DNA from: Bispira polyomma | Lineage: Eukaryota | Length of the DNA stretch: 64,000 nt | NCBI GenBank assembly: GCA_965649765.1 | Contig: OZ287750.1 | Coordinates: forward strand, 98,332,001-98,396,000 | Direction: 5' to 3' | Shown: one piece after another, positions 63,448 to 64,000 of the stretch | Layout: the number at the start of each line of letters is the position of its first letter | How positions within the stretch are numbered: the first letter of the stretch is position 1 | The notes under the pieces: generated by a model | What the model was told of the DNA's origin: nothing | Database searches by the model: none | Seen by the model: the letters and a program-made list of their open reading frames with translations, nothing else | Made by a program: the position numbers and the translations under genes

Positions 63448-64000
63448 GTTCTAATCCTAAGACATGACCATACCTAAGCTCTTCCACAGATTCATCCCTG
63501 GTCAAGGTTATGACAAAACAGATCTGAAGATTGTTAGAACTGTGTGTAATAATTAATATACAGAAAGCTACTCATGGGGGACATTTTTTGGAAACAACAT
63601 TTATTGTTTTGTCATAGATCTAGTCTATAGTCACTGTTTAAAAGAATAAAATTTACATGATACCACACAACTATTGTTGGAAGTAATGGTATTTTATTGT
63701 GTAAAATGTACCTTAAATTAATTTATAACAATTGCTATAACTGACTCCGCCGGGAGTCGGCTCAATTAAAACGAAAAATCCTGACACTACCTAAGCTGAC
63801 CCCCTTTAGCACACACCATTATACAGGTCACAGGTCACGCGGCTGCGCCCCAAGCGGGCTTCCGTCCCTTGTCTTTATTACAAAATTGTCTGCCAAACGA
63901 GCACACATTATTTCGAGGATTTTTTAGTTTTTCCCAAGTTTCGGTGTTTTTGTCATTTTTTATTTTATATTTCTTAAATATGAGTAAGGATAATTCTTCT

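Noticed and set aside
63725-64000. Helentron-like element start (GACTCC-GCCG-GGAGTC hairpin)
   Set aside because: Cut off by the window edge; the other end cannot be seen.

Overview
AT-rich animal genomic DNA. MESC/Meta-type SINE cores and a large Toll-like-receptor expansion suggest a lophotrochozoan such as a mollusc (inference). The one apparently intact host gene is a two-TM BK-channel beta-subunit (KCNMB/tipE)-like gene with coding exons 12779-13471 and 25765-26046; a dead copy of its last exon lies at 30439-30799. It sits in what looks like a tandem set of heavily decayed LRR-TM-TIR (TLR-like) pseudogenes on both strands. The window also holds LINEs (Tx1/L1, L2, Crack/Daphne-like, Nimb/Ingi-like), SINEs, MITEs, putative solo LTRs and three divergent Ngaro-like tyrosine-recombinase (YR) retrotransposons. 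The main signal is in those YR elements. They carry a canonical -1 frameshift signal (A AAA AAC plus an 8-bp hairpin) joining gag to pol. They also carry a conserved phase-1 splice donor in gag and a phase-1 acceptor in front of the YR ORF, predicting a spliced Gag(N-terminal zinc finger)-recombinase fusion. All assignments are by eye, without database searches.
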